Source: Capsulimonadaceae bacterium (GTDB taxonomy: Bacteria > Armatimonadota > Armatimonadia > Armatimonadales > Capsulimonadaceae). Taken from it: 64,000 bases of DNA. A program made the position numbers and the translations under genes. Position 1 is the first letter of the stretch. The number at the start of each line of letters is the position of its first letter. The stretch covers positions 3,136,001-3,200,000 of the forward strand of contig OZ244065.1 in assembly GCA_965215505.1 (NCBI GenBank), read 5' to 3'. Positions 7,607-16,581 of the stretch are shown piece after piece. Under the pieces are notes generated by a model. The model was given only the letters and a program-made list of their open reading frames with translations. It was not told the DNA's origin and searched no databases.

Positions 7607-10174
7607 CTACGGCCCCGCCGAGACGGCGGTGGCGGCCCACAGGTTGCCGGGGTCGAGGCTGACGAAATCGTCCGTGTACGGGCCGTAGCCGGCGACGGTG
7701 AAGTCGAACGCGGAGTCCACGCCCCACAGCATAGCCCGGTGGTCGGTGTTGTTCCACAGGATGCGGCTGACGTTGTCCGGGCCGGTCGCCAGGGCCTTCA
7801 CCGACCACAGGTTCTGCGGCGCGTCGTCGGTGTAGGGGCCGTAGCCCGCCAGCGTGAAGCTGAAATCGGCGGCGACGTTCCAGAACATGGCCCGGCGGTT
7901 CGAGTTCCCCCACAGGAGGTGCGTCCCATTGTCCGGGCCGACCGAAACCGCCGTGGCGTGCCAGTCGTTGCCGGGGTCGTAGGAATGGGGATCGGGGATG
8001 ACGGAGTCGTCGGTGTAGGGACCGTACCCGGCATAAGCCAGCAGGCTGAAGCCGCCGTCCACGTCCCAGAGCATGGCGCGGTGGTCGGCGTTGTTCCACA
8101 GGATGCGGCTGACGTTGTCCGGGCCGGTCGCAAGGGCCGTGGCCCTCCAGGGGTTGTAGGACTGGCCGCCTCCCACGCTGTCGTCGGTGTAGGGGCCGTA
8201 CCCGGCCAGCGTGAAGGAGGACTCGTCGGTGCCACCGTTCCAGAGCATGACGCGGTTGTCCGTGTTGTTCCACAGCAGGTGGACCGCGTTGTCCGGCCCG
8301 ACCGAGATCGCCGCCGCGCTCCACAGGTTCGTGGGGGAGCTGTTGACCGAGGTGTCGGTGTAGGGGCCGAAGTAGGCGGCGCCGCTGACGCCGCCCGCGT
8401 CGTCCACGGTCCAGACCATGACCCGGCCGTCGGTGTTGTTCCACAGGACGTAGCTGCGGCCGTCCGGCCCGGTCGCCAGAGCGGTGGCGCTCCACTTGTG
8501 TGTCTTCAGGGGGGCGTTGTCGGCGTAGGGGCCGAAGCCGTGGGGTGTGAAGGTGCCGTCGCCGGCCACGCTCCACAGCATGACGCGCCCGTCGGCGTTG
8601 TTCCAGAGCAGGTGCGTGTGACCGCCCGCGACTCCCGCCGCGCCCTCATAGGCCCCGATGGTGGGCGGGTCCGGGCGACCCTTGCCGTCCTTGTCGGTGG
8701 TGACGCCGCCGAGGAACACGCCCCCGCCGATGCAGGGCGAGCCGGCCCGGAGGTGCAGGTCGCCCCCGGCGGCATTGACGAACAGCGGGTCAGCATCGAT
8801 CACGATGCCGCCTGGCCTAATGTTCCCGCTCAAATAGCCGCCCTGTATGTCACAGCCGTCACAGGAGACGAGATCCACAGTCCGGGCGATCTCTCCGCCC
8901 CTGTCCCCATAGACGATACAGTCGGAGGGGCCGTGCCCATAAAGGCCGTTGTAAAAGCCGCCGCCGTCAGAGGCGGCGTTGCCGGTGATGGTGCAGCTCG
9001 TCACGGAGCCGCTCCCGTTGTAAACGCCGCCGCCGACGGCGGCCGTGTTGCCGCTGATCGTGCAGTCGCCGATCACGCCGACGCTGAAGACGCCGCCGCC
9101 GTTGTAAACGCCGCCGCCGCCGCCGCTGGCCGTGTTGCCGCTGATGGCGCAGCGCGTCACCGTGCCGATGCTGGAAACGCCGCCGCCGTTGCCGCCGGCC
9201 GTGTTGCCGCTGATCGTGCAGCCCGTCACCGTGCCCTCGTTGGTGAGGCCGCCGCCCGCCCCGCCGTTCGGGGAGACGCCGCTGGCCGTGTTCCCACTGA
9301 TCGTGCAGCCCGTCACCGTGCCGCTGTTGTCCATGCCGCCGCTGGAAGGCGCGGTGTTCTCGCTGATCGTGCAGCCCGTCACCGCGCCGCCGTGGAAGAC
9401 GCTGCCGCCGTTGAAGACGCCGCCGCCGCTGACGCCGGCGGTGTTGCCGCTGACCGTGCAGTGCGTCAGCGTGCCCGCGTCGTAGCTTGCAACGCCGCCG
9501 CCGGAGGTGGTGGCCGTGTTACCCGTGATCGTGCAGTCCGTCACCGCGTCGTAGCCGTAGACGCCGCCGCCGACACTGGCCGTGTTGCCGCTGACGGCAC
9601 AGCCCGTCAGCGTGCCCTCGTTGTAGACGCCGCCGCCGAGGTTTGCCGTGTTGCCGGAGATCGTGCAGTCCGTGAGTGTGCCGTAGTTGGCGACGCCGCC
9701 GCCGCCGGAGCCGGCGGACGTGCTGCCGGTAATCGCGCAGTGCGTCACCGTGCCGTAGTTGTAGATGCCGCCGCCGCTGTCCGTGGACTCGTAGCCGTTC
9801 CTGACGGTGAAGCCGCTGACCACCGCGCCCCGCTCGCCGTCCCGCAGGGTGAAGCCCCGGTGGTTGGCGGACGCCGAGCCGCCGCAGTCAATGATCGTCC
9901 GGGCCGGGTCGCCGCTGGCGGACCGGACCGTGAGGCTCTTGCCGCCGAAGTCAATGTCGCGGTTGCCCGGCCCGCCGTAGGTGCCGTCAGCCACGAGGAC
10001 CGTGTCGCCGCTGGACGCAGCGTTGACAGCGGCCTGGATGGTCGGGTAGCCGGCCGTCGGGACGTTGAGCGTGGCGGCATGGCCGGACGCGGCGAGGAAG
10101 GTCAGAGCCAGCAGGGCCAGGAGCGGCCCGCCGGGGGGGAGCAGACGGCGCGGGCGAGTGGTTTCAGGCGGCAT
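7607..10174 (-). CDS. array A2: exported right-handed parallel beta-helix protein + six-repeat module
   Basis: AAGGAG RBS and signal peptide (AASGHA/AT). YPTIQAAVNAA, many CTISGNTA..GGGV repeats, GDLHLRAGSPCIG...IGAYE. Module at 7607-8620. Confidence 0.87.
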   Translation of the reverse strand: MPPETTRPRRLLPPGGPLLALLALTFLAASGHAATLNVPTAGYPTIQAAVNAASSGDTVLVADGTYGGPGNRDIDFGGKSLTVRSASGDPARTIIDCGGSASANHRGFTLRDGERGAVVSGFTVRNGYESTDSGGGIYNYGTVTHCAITGSTSAGSGGGGVANYGTLTDCTISGNTANLGGGVYNEGTLTGCAVSGNTASVGGGVYGYDAVTDCTITGNTATTSGGGVASYDAGTLTHCTVSGNTAGVSGGGVFNGGSVFHGGAVTGCTISENTAPSSGGMDNSGTVTGCTISGNTASGVSPNGGAGGGLTNEGTVTGCTISGNTAGGNGGGVSSIGTVTRCAISGNTASGGGGGVYNGGGVFSVGVIGDCTISGNTAAVGGGVYNGSGSVTSCTITGNAASDGGGFYNGLYGHGPSDCIVYGDRGGEIARTVDLVSCDGCDIQGGYLSGNIRPGGIVIDADPLFVNAAGGDLHLRAGSPCIGGGVFLGGVTTDKDGKGRPDPPTIGAYEGAAGVAGGHTHLLWNNADGRVMLWSVAGDGTFTPHGFGPYADNAPLKTHKWSATALATGPDGRSYVLWNNTDGRVMVWTVDDAGGVSGAAYFGPYTDTSVNSSPTNLWSAAAISVGPDNAVHLLWNNTDNRVMLWNGGTDESSFTLAGYGPYTDDSVGGGQSYNPWRATALATGPDNVSRILWNNADHRAMLWDVDGGFSLLAYAGYGPYTDDSVIPDPHSYDPGNDWHATAVSVGPDNGTHLLWGNSNRRAMFWNVAADFSFTLAGYGPYTDDAPQNLWSVKALATGPDNVSRILWNNTDHRAMLWGVDSAFDFTVAGYGPYTDDFVSLDPGNLWAATAVSAGP

Positions 10175-10252
10175 GGCAGTAGACTCCTTGATCGGCGCGC
10201 GGGCGGCGCAGGGGGCTTGTCCCCGCTCCCCGCCATATTTACGGTCCCGCGT

Positions 10253-12316
10253 TCACGGCCCCGCCGAGACGGCGGTGGCGCTCCACAGGTCGCCCGGCCC
10301 GTTGTCGGTGTACGGGCCGTACCCCGAGACGGTGAAGTTGAACGCGCCGTCCATGCTCCACAGCATGGCCCTGTCGTCGGTGTTGCCCCACAGGATGCGG
10401 CTCAGGCCGTCCGGACCGGTCGCCACCGATGTGACGCTCCACAGGTTGTTCGCGCCGTTGTCATTGTACGGGCCGAAGCCCGCCAGCGTGAAGGCCCCCA
10501 GGCCGTCCAGGTTCCAAATCATCATCCGCCGGTCCGCGTTGCCCCAGACGAGGTGGATCTTCTCGTCCGAGCCGACCGAGACGGCCTGGGCGCTCCAGAC
10601 GTTCGCGGGCGAATTGCTGACGAAGCTGTCGGTGTACGGCCCGTAGCCCGTCACGCCGAACTGGAAGGCGGGGTTCACGTTCCAGAGCATGACGCGCCCG
10701 TCCACGTTGTTCCAGGCGATGTGCGATTCGTTGTCCGGCCCGGTGGCGAGGGCGACGGCGCTCCACAGGTTGCCGGGGCTGCCGTTGACGGAGTTGTCCG
10801 TGTACGGTCCGAATCCGGCCAGGGTGAAGCTGAAATCCTGGGCGACGTTCCACAGCATGACCCGGTGGTCGGTGTTGTTCCACAGCAGGTGGACCACGTT
10901 GTCCGGGCCGACCGAAACCGCCGTCGCGCTCCACTTGTTCTGGGGTGCCCCGTCCGTGTACGGCCCGTAGCCCGCGTAGGTGAAGCCGCCGCTGTCGTCC
11001 ACGGTCCAGAGCATGACGCGCCCGTCCGTGTTGTTCCACAGCAGGTGCGAGAGGCCGTCCGCGCCGGTCGCCACCGCCGTCGCGTGCCAGACGTTCTGCG
11101 GCGCTCCGTCCGTGTACGGCCCGAAGCCGTTCAGCGTGAAGGAGCCGTCGCCGGCCACGCTCCACAGCATGACCCTGCCGTCCGTGTTGTTCCACAGAAG
11201 GTGCGTATGTGGGGGCAGGACCGTGTGCGTCACATGGCCGTCGGCATAGGCGGTCGTCGGGGAGCCGTCGGCATAGGGCGGCGTGTCCTGGAAGAGTACA
11301 GTGGTAGCCGGGTCAGTGATGGAGGCGAGGCTGACGCCGCTGAGGGCGGCGTTCGGGACAAACGGCTGGCCGCGCGTGTTGGAGAGAGGTTTGAGGCTTC
11401 TCGTATATGGTGCGAGGGCTGCCTGGAACTCCGACACGTTCCCCATCGGCGGGTAGACCTCATCATAGTCCTGAGTGTACTGCACGATGGCGATAAAGAG
11501 TTGTTTCGCGCGGCTCGTCGTGGTGACGTTCGGGTCGCCGAACTCGATGCCGCCGCGTTCCAGGTGGCCGTCCGCATAGGCGATTGTGGGAGCGCCGTCT
11601 ACATAGGGGGCGGTGTCTTGGATGAGGATTGTATGGATCGGGTCGGGGACGGCGCTGAGGAAGACGCCGCTGAGGGCGGCATTAGGGACGAACGGCTGGC
11701 CCGTAGGCGAGTAGAAGATGCGGTGACTGTGAGTGAAAGGATAGACTGCGGTTTGTAGTTCATCCAGCGTGTGCATCGGCGGATATGTCTCGTCGGCATC
11801 CTCCGTGTACTCGATTATGGCAATCGCCACGGCCTTCTCCCGCTCGGTGATGATGGCCGTCGCGTCGCCGTACTCGACGCCGCCGTGTTCCACATGACCG
11901 TCCAGGAACACGACCGTGGCCTGGCCGTCCCCATGCGGCGCGGAGTCGCGGACCACCTCGATGACATCCACATCGGTCGTGTAGGGCGGATACGTTCCTC
12001 GGCTGAGGGCGGCGTTGGGCGTGTAGGGCAGGCCGGTATCCGGGCAGCGGAATACGGAGGCATCCCCGACATACGGCATCAGCGCCGCCTGGAACTCCTG
12101 CGCGTTCCCCATTGGCGGGAAGTTCTCGTCGTTGTCCTGGGCATACCGGGTGAAGGCCGCTTGGAGCCGGTGCAGATTGGCCGCGCAGGCGGCGGTGGTG
12201 TCCGCCCCCGATGCCATGCGACGGGCCGTGCCGAGCCACTGCCCGATCACCAGGAAGGCCAGGAGGCCCAGCCCCAGAAGAACGGCCCCCTCGGCCAGGA
12301 ATGACGGTTTACGCAT
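10253..12316 (-). CDS. array A3: DUF1559/H-X9-DG-like (pilin-like) protein + six-repeat module
   Basis: ATG at 12316 after GGAAGGGA. N-terminal hydrophobic helix, CAANL..L..A..RYAQDNDENFP, three units ending FLDGHV/YADGHL/YADGHV. Module at 10253-11209. Confidence 0.8.
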   Translation of the reverse strand: MRKPSFLAEGAVLLGLGLLAFLVIGQWLGTARRMASGADTTAACAANLHRLQAAFTRYAQDNDENFPPMGNAQEFQAALMPYVGDASVFRCPDTGLPYTPNAALSRGTYPPYTTDVDVIEVVRDSAPHGDGQATVVFLDGHVEHGGVEYGDATAIITEREKAVAIAIIEYTEDADETYPPMHTLDELQTAVYPFTHSHRIFYSPTGQPFVPNAALSGVFLSAVPDPIHTILIQDTAPYVDGAPTIAYADGHLERGGIEFGDPNVTTTSRAKQLFIAIVQYTQDYDEVYPPMGNVSEFQAALAPYTRSLKPLSNTRGQPFVPNAALSGVSLASITDPATTVLFQDTPPYADGSPTTAYADGHVTHTVLPPHTHLLWNNTDGRVMLWSVAGDGSFTLNGFGPYTDGAPQNVWHATAVATGADGLSHLLWNNTDGRVMLWTVDDSGGFTYAGYGPYTDGAPQNKWSATAVSVGPDNVVHLLWNNTDHRVMLWNVAQDFSFTLAGFGPYTDNSVNGSPGNLWSAVALATGPDNESHIAWNNVDGRVMLWNVNPAFQFGVTGYGPYTDSFVSNSPANVWSAQAVSVGSDEKIHLVWGNADRRMMIWNLDGLGAFTLAGFGPYNDNGANNLWSVTSVATGPDGLSRILWGNTDDRAMLWSMDGAFNFTVSGYGPYTDNGPGDLWSATAVSAGP

Positions 12317-12358
12317 TGTGCTTCCCTTCCGCGTCCGATCTCCGAACGTGGTGAGGGC

Positions 12359-12387
12359 AGTATAGCACGGACGCGCGGCATTAGCAA
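12359..12387 (-). promoter_or_regulatory. sigma70-type promoter for A3
   Basis: TTGCTA-17-TATACT with TG extension on the minus strand. Confidence 0.65.
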
Positions 12388-12416
12388 GGAGGCAGCGGAA
12401 AGGCTTCCGGGACCGA

Positions 12417-14573
12417 TCAAGGCCCGGCGCTGACGGCGGTGACGCCCCACAGGTTGCCGGGCGCGTTGTCCGTATAGGGGCCGTAGCCGGCCACGCTGAA
12501 GTCGAGGGCGTTATCCACGCCCCACAGCATCGCCCGGTCGTCCGTGTTGCCCCACAGCAGGTGCGAGAGGCCGTCGGGACCCGTCGCCAAGGCGGTGGCG
12601 CTCCACAGGTTGTTCGCGCCGTTGTCCGTGTACGGCCCGTACCCAGCCAGCGTGAAGTTGAACGCACTGTCCACGTTCCAGAACATCGCCCGGCGGTCCG
12701 TGTTGCTCCACAACAGGTGCGTCAGGTTGTCCGGCCCCACCGAGAGGCCCACGGCGCTCCACTTGTTCTGCGGCGCACCATCGGTGTACGGCCCGTAGCC
12801 CGCCAGTGTGAAGCCGAACGAACCATCTACGTCCCAGAGCATGACGCGGGTGTCTGTGTTGTTCCACAGGATGCGCGTCAGCCCATCACCGCCAGTGGCA
12901 AGGGCGGTGGCCGTCCACAGGTTGCCTGGTGCGTTGTCGGTGTACGGGCCGTAGCCCGCCAGCGTGAAGGTGAAGTCGGAGGCGACATTCCAGAGCATCG
13001 CCCGGTGGTCGGTGTTGCTCCACAGCAGGTGGACGGTGTTGTCCGGGCCGACCGAGACGCCAACGGCGCTCCACTTGTTCTGCGGGGCGTTGTCCGTGTA
13101 GGGACCGTAGCCCGCCAGCGTGAAGTTGCCGCTGTCGTCCACGGTCCATAGCATGACCCTTCCGTCCGTGTTGTTCCACAGAAGGTGCGAAAGGCCGTCC
13201 GGCCCGGTCGCCACCGCCGTCGCGTGCCAGACGTTCTGCGGTGCGCCGTCGGTGTAGGGGCCGAAGCCGCTAAGGGTGAAGCTGCCGTCTTGTGCGATGC
13301 TCCAGAGCATGACGCGCCCGTCGCTGTTGTTCCACAGAAGGTGCGTGTGGCCGGAGGGGGAGAAGGCACCCGCGTACTCATATGCGCCGATGTCGGGGGG
13401 GCCGGCGCGTCCCGCCCCGCGCTGGTCCGTGGGGGGAGTGCCGACGGCTGTGCCGGCGTCAATACAGGGGGAGCCGGGCAGGAGCGCCCTCGTCTGGGTG
13501 GGGCCACCGTTGTTCTGCAAGGGGCCAAGGCGCGGGTCGGCGCTGAGGTTGCCGCCGCCGTTTGTGTAGACCGCCCCATAAACCGATGCCGAAACGAGAT
13601 CGCAGTGGGTGATGGTCATGGTGCCGGGGTTGCTGCCGTCGCCATTGTTGAAGAAGATCTCGTCGCCTCCACCTTGCGGGGAGCTATCGCCGTAGAAAAT
13701 GTCGTTGGTCAGCGTCGTCGTGCCCCGGACGAGGGCGATCGCGCCGCCGCCGCCGTAGACGTTGTCATAGGTCGTCACCGTGTTTCCCGTGAAGGTACAG
13801 TTGGTCACCGTCAGGATGCCGGTGAGGCTGGAGATGCCGCCACCGCCGTTGCTGCCGGCGACGTTCCCCGTCACGGTGCAGTCGGTCAGCGTCAGCGTGA
13901 CGCCGCCGTTGCCGTTGTAGATGCCCCCGCCGGCACTGCCGCTGGTGTTGCCAACGAGGGTGCAGCCGGTCAGTGTCATCGTGCCATAGGTGAAAATGCC
14001 GGCCCCACCCTGTTGGACAGTGTTACGGGCAACCGTACAGTTGACCAGCGTCAAGGTGCCGTCGTTGAACACACCGCCACCGTTTTCGGCCGTGTTCCCC
14101 TGCATGACGCAATTCGTCAGCGTCAGCGTCCCGAAGCGGTTGTCCAGGCCGCTGCCGGCGGGGTCGTTCTGAATGATCAGGTTGCTGGCGGAAGACGTGG
14201 CGGTGTCGGACCCGAAGACGAGGATGGGCTGGGCGCTCCGCGCTGGGATCGCGCTCCCATCAAGGACCACGCCCGCCGTAGGACCCTGGATGGTCACGCC
14301 GACGTAAGCGAAAAGGAGGCCGTTGACGATGGGGATGGTCTGCCGGGTGGCAAAGACGGTCGGGTCGAAGGTGATGACATCCCCATCGCCGTCCGCCCTG
14401 CTGGTGTCGAGGGCCGCGCGCAGGGACCCCGGCCCACTGTCGGCGGTGGTGGTGACGACCAGCGTGGCGGCGCGGCTCAGGCTCGCAAAGCCGAAGAAGA
14501 GGGCCACGACGGACAGCAGAGTCCAGAAAGCGTGGGACCGGGGGCGGGCGTGAACGACTTGAGTGAGCAGCAT
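12417..14573 (-). CDS. array A4: exported beta-helix / choice-of-anchor-Q-like protein + six-repeat module
   Basis: AAGGA RBS and signal peptide (LSRA/AT). [20 protein letters not shown] and [26 protein letters not shown]...[13 protein letters not shown]. Module at 12417-13349. Confidence 0.87.
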   Translation of the reverse strand: MLLTQVVHARPRSHAFWTLLSVVALFFGFASLSRAATLVVTTTADSGPGSLRAALDTSRADGDGDVITFDPTVFATRQTIPIVNGLLFAYVGVTIQGPTAGVVLDGSAIPARSAQPILVFGSDTATSSASNLIIQNDPAGSGLDNRFGTLTLTNCVMQGNTAENGGGVFNDGTLTLVNCTVARNTVQQGGAGIFTYGTMTLTGCTLVGNTSGSAGGGIYNGNGGVTLTLTDCTVTGNVAGSNGGGGISSLTGILTVTNCTFTGNTVTTYDNVYGGGGAIALVRGTTTLTNDIFYGDSSPQGGGDEIFFNNGDGSNPGTMTITHCDLVSASVYGAVYTNGGGNLSADPRLGPLQNNGGPTQTRALLPGSPCIDAGTAVGTPPTDQRGAGRAGPPDIGAYEYAGAFSPSGHTHLLWNNSDGRVMLWSIAQDGSFTLSGFGPYTDGAPQNVWHATAVATGPDGLSHLLWNNTDGRVMLWTVDDSGNFTLAGYGPYTDNAPQNKWSAVGVSVGPDNTVHLLWSNTDHRAMLWNVASDFTFTLAGYGPYTDNAPGNLWTATALATGGDGLTRILWNNTDTRVMLWDVDGSFGFTLAGYGPYTDGAPQNKWSAVGLSVGPDNLTHLLWSNTDRRAMFWNVDSAFNFTLAGYGPYTDNGANNLWSATALATGPDGLSHLLWGNTDDRAMLWGVDNALDFSVAGYGPYTDNAPGNLWGVTAVSAGP

Positions 14574-14668
14574 TGACAGAGTCCTTCCTGACGCACAGGC
14601 GGAAGCCCTCACGGGGCCGCCGCCAAACAAAAACAGGGATGACGAAAATGGGGTCTGGTGTTTTTGCC

Positions 14669-14684
14669 TGCACGAACCGTGCCA
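14669..14684 (-). promoter_or_regulatory. sigma54-type promoter for A4
   Basis: Minus strand TGGCACGGTTCGTGCA. Confidence 0.68.
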
Positions 14685-14732
14685 GGTATCAGAAATCCAC
14701 GCTCTAGTTTAGCATTCGGTGGCGGGGGCGTC

Positions 14733-14748
14733 TGTGCCCTTTGTCACA
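14733..14748. promoter_or_regulatory. CRP-like box upstream of A4
   Basis: TGTGC-N6-TCACA, a 9/10 match to TGTGA-N6-TCACA. Confidence 0.5.
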
Positions 14749-14826
14749 CGGATCGCAGCGGATGCTCGTCAGGAGCCTGCAAATCTCAGGGCAGAGGCCG
14801 TGCCCGGTGCAGTTTTTTCGCATGGA

Positions 14827-16494
14827 CTATGGCCCAGCGCTGACGGCGGTGACGCTCCACAGGTTGCCCGCGCCGTTGTCGGTATAGGGGCCGTACCCGG
14901 CCACCGTGAAGCTGAACGAGTTATTGATGCCCCACAGCATCGCCCGATTATCCGTGTTCCCCCACAGCAGGTGGCTCATCCCATCCAGGCCGGTCGCCAG
15001 GGCGGCAGCACTCCACAGGTTGCCGGGCGCGTTGTCGGTGTAGGGGCCGTAGCCGGCGAGCGAGAAGCCGAACGCACTGTCCACGTTCCAGAGCATGGCC
15101 CGATGGTCCGTGTTGCCCCACAGCAGGTGCGTCAGGTTGTCCGGCCCGACCGACAACCCGACCGCGCTCCACTTGTTGCCGGCCGCCCCGTCGGTGTACG
15201 GCCCGTACCCGGCCAGGGTGAAGGTGAAGTCCGGGGCGACGTCCCACAGCATGACGCGCCCGTCGGTGTTGTTCCAGACGATCCGGCTGACGCTGTCCGG
15301 GCCGGTGGCGAGGGCAGTGGCTGACCAGAGGTTGCTCGGGCCGTTGTCGGTGTACGGCCCGAACCCGGCCAGGGTGTAGTTAAAGGACGAGTCCACGTTC
15401 CAGAGCATGACGCGGTTGTCGGTGTTGTTCCACAGAAGGTGCGTCACGTTGTCCGGGCCGACCGAAACCGCCGTCGCGCTCCACTTGTTCAGGGCCGCGC
15501 CGTCCGTGTACGGCCCGTAGATCGCCAGGGTGAAGACGCCGGCGTCGTCCACGGTCCAGAGCATGACGCGGCCGTCGGTGCTGTTCCACAGAAGGTGGCT
15601 CTTGCCGTCCGGCCCGGTCGCGAGGGCCGTGGCGCTCCACCGGCTGTCGGGCGGGATGACGACGGCGGGCTGCCCGCCGGGGGCGCGTCTGGCCGAGGGG
15701 ACCTTGTTGCCGGTGTACGGCCCGAAGCCGTGCAAGGTGAAAGAACCGTCGGCGGCGATGCTCCACAGCATGACGCGCCCGTCCGTGTTGTTCCACAGCA
15801 GGTGCGTGTGGCTGGTGGCGGCGGCTGCCGGGGCGGTGGCGATGTCGAAGCGGTTGAGGAACAGGCTGTAGTGCGGGGTGAGGCCGGTGTAGGCGATCCG
15901 GTAGATGTCCGGGGCGGCGTCCAGGATGCCGACGAACGGGGCGGAATTGTCGCCCCTGGCGCTGAACGTGCCGTTCCGGGTGAACGAGGCGAGCAGGCCG
16001 CCGTCCTTGCCGAACGCCTGGACCTGCACGGTGAAGGCCCCCGCGCCGGAGGCTGCCGTCGTGGGCACGGCGAGCTGCGCCCCGCCGCCGTAGACCCCGC
16101 GCGGGAAGGAGAGCGACACCGTGCCGCCGTCCATCGCGTCCAGCACCCGGTCGCCGGGCGCGAAGTTGCCGTTCAGCGTACCCTCCGCCTGGACATTCCC
16201 CGCCTGGAGGAGCGTGGCGAAGAGGCCGCCGTTCGAGTCGGTCAGCCCGTGCCCGGCCTCGCTGACGATGACGGCGGTGCCCAGGGAGGAAACCTGGCCG
16301 AACGGGTCGCTGATGCGGGTGGCGCGGTCCCCCAGGCCCGCCCAGTCCAGGCGGTCGGTGCCGGACAGGGAAGCCCGGCTGGTCAGGAGCGTCTGACACC
16401 GCGCCGGCCCGGCGAGGGCGGCGGCGGCGAGGACGACGGCCAGCAGCAGCAGACAGAGGCGGGCCGGGAGTGCGGCGAGCGTGCGGACTAACAT
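14827..16494 (-). CDS. array A5: exported protein, unknown beta-rich domain + six-repeat module
   Basis: Signal peptide, ~190-aa passenger, APAAAA linker. Module at 14827-15810. Confidence 0.85.
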   Translation of the reverse strand: MLVRTLAALPARLCLLLLAVVLAAAALAGPARCQTLLTSRASLSGTDRLDWAGLGDRATRISDPFGQVSSLGTAVIVSEAGHGLTDSNGGLFATLLQAGNVQAEGTLNGNFAPGDRVLDAMDGGTVSLSFPRGVYGGGAQLAVPTTAASGAGAFTVQVQAFGKDGGLLASFTRNGTFSARGDNSAPFVGILDAAPDIYRIAYTGLTPHYSLFLNRFDIATAPAAAATSHTHLLWNNTDGRVMLWSIAADGSFTLHGFGPYTGNKVPSARRAPGGQPAVVIPPDSRWSATALATGPDGKSHLLWNSTDGRVMLWTVDDAGVFTLAIYGPYTDGAALNKWSATAVSVGPDNVTHLLWNNTDNRVMLWNVDSSFNYTLAGFGPYTDNGPSNLWSATALATGPDSVSRIVWNNTDGRVMLWDVAPDFTFTLAGYGPYTDGAAGNKWSAVGLSVGPDNLTHLLWGNTDHRAMLWNVDSAFGFSLAGYGPYTDNAPGNLWSAAALATGLDGMSHLLWGNTDNRAMLWGINNSFSFTVAGYGPYTDNGAGNLWSVTAVSAGP

Positions 16495-16499
16495 TCCCC

Positions 16500-16528
16500 A
16501 TTATAACACAGGCCGCCCGCCATGGCAA
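16500..16528 (-). promoter_or_regulatory. sigma70-type promoter for A5 (probably leaderless)
   Basis: TTGCCA-17-TATAAT with TG. Only 5 nt separate the -10 from the ATG. Confidence 0.7.
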
Positions 16529-16581
16529 ACGCCCGGTTTCCCGCTCCCGCCCCCGCCCCCGCCGATGCTCCCGCGCCCCGT

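Noticed and set aside
7739-11758. 1339-aa plus-strand ORF and many similar long overlapping ORFs
   Set aside because: These are antisense or alternate-frame shadows of GC3-rich genes, with low-complexity V/A/R/G composition and no motifs.
12317-12667. N-terminal extension of A3 in the ORF track (similarly A1, A4, A8)
   Set aside because: The extension overlaps A4 or the promoter. Downstream starts give proper export signals and, for A3, A4 and A8, an RBS.
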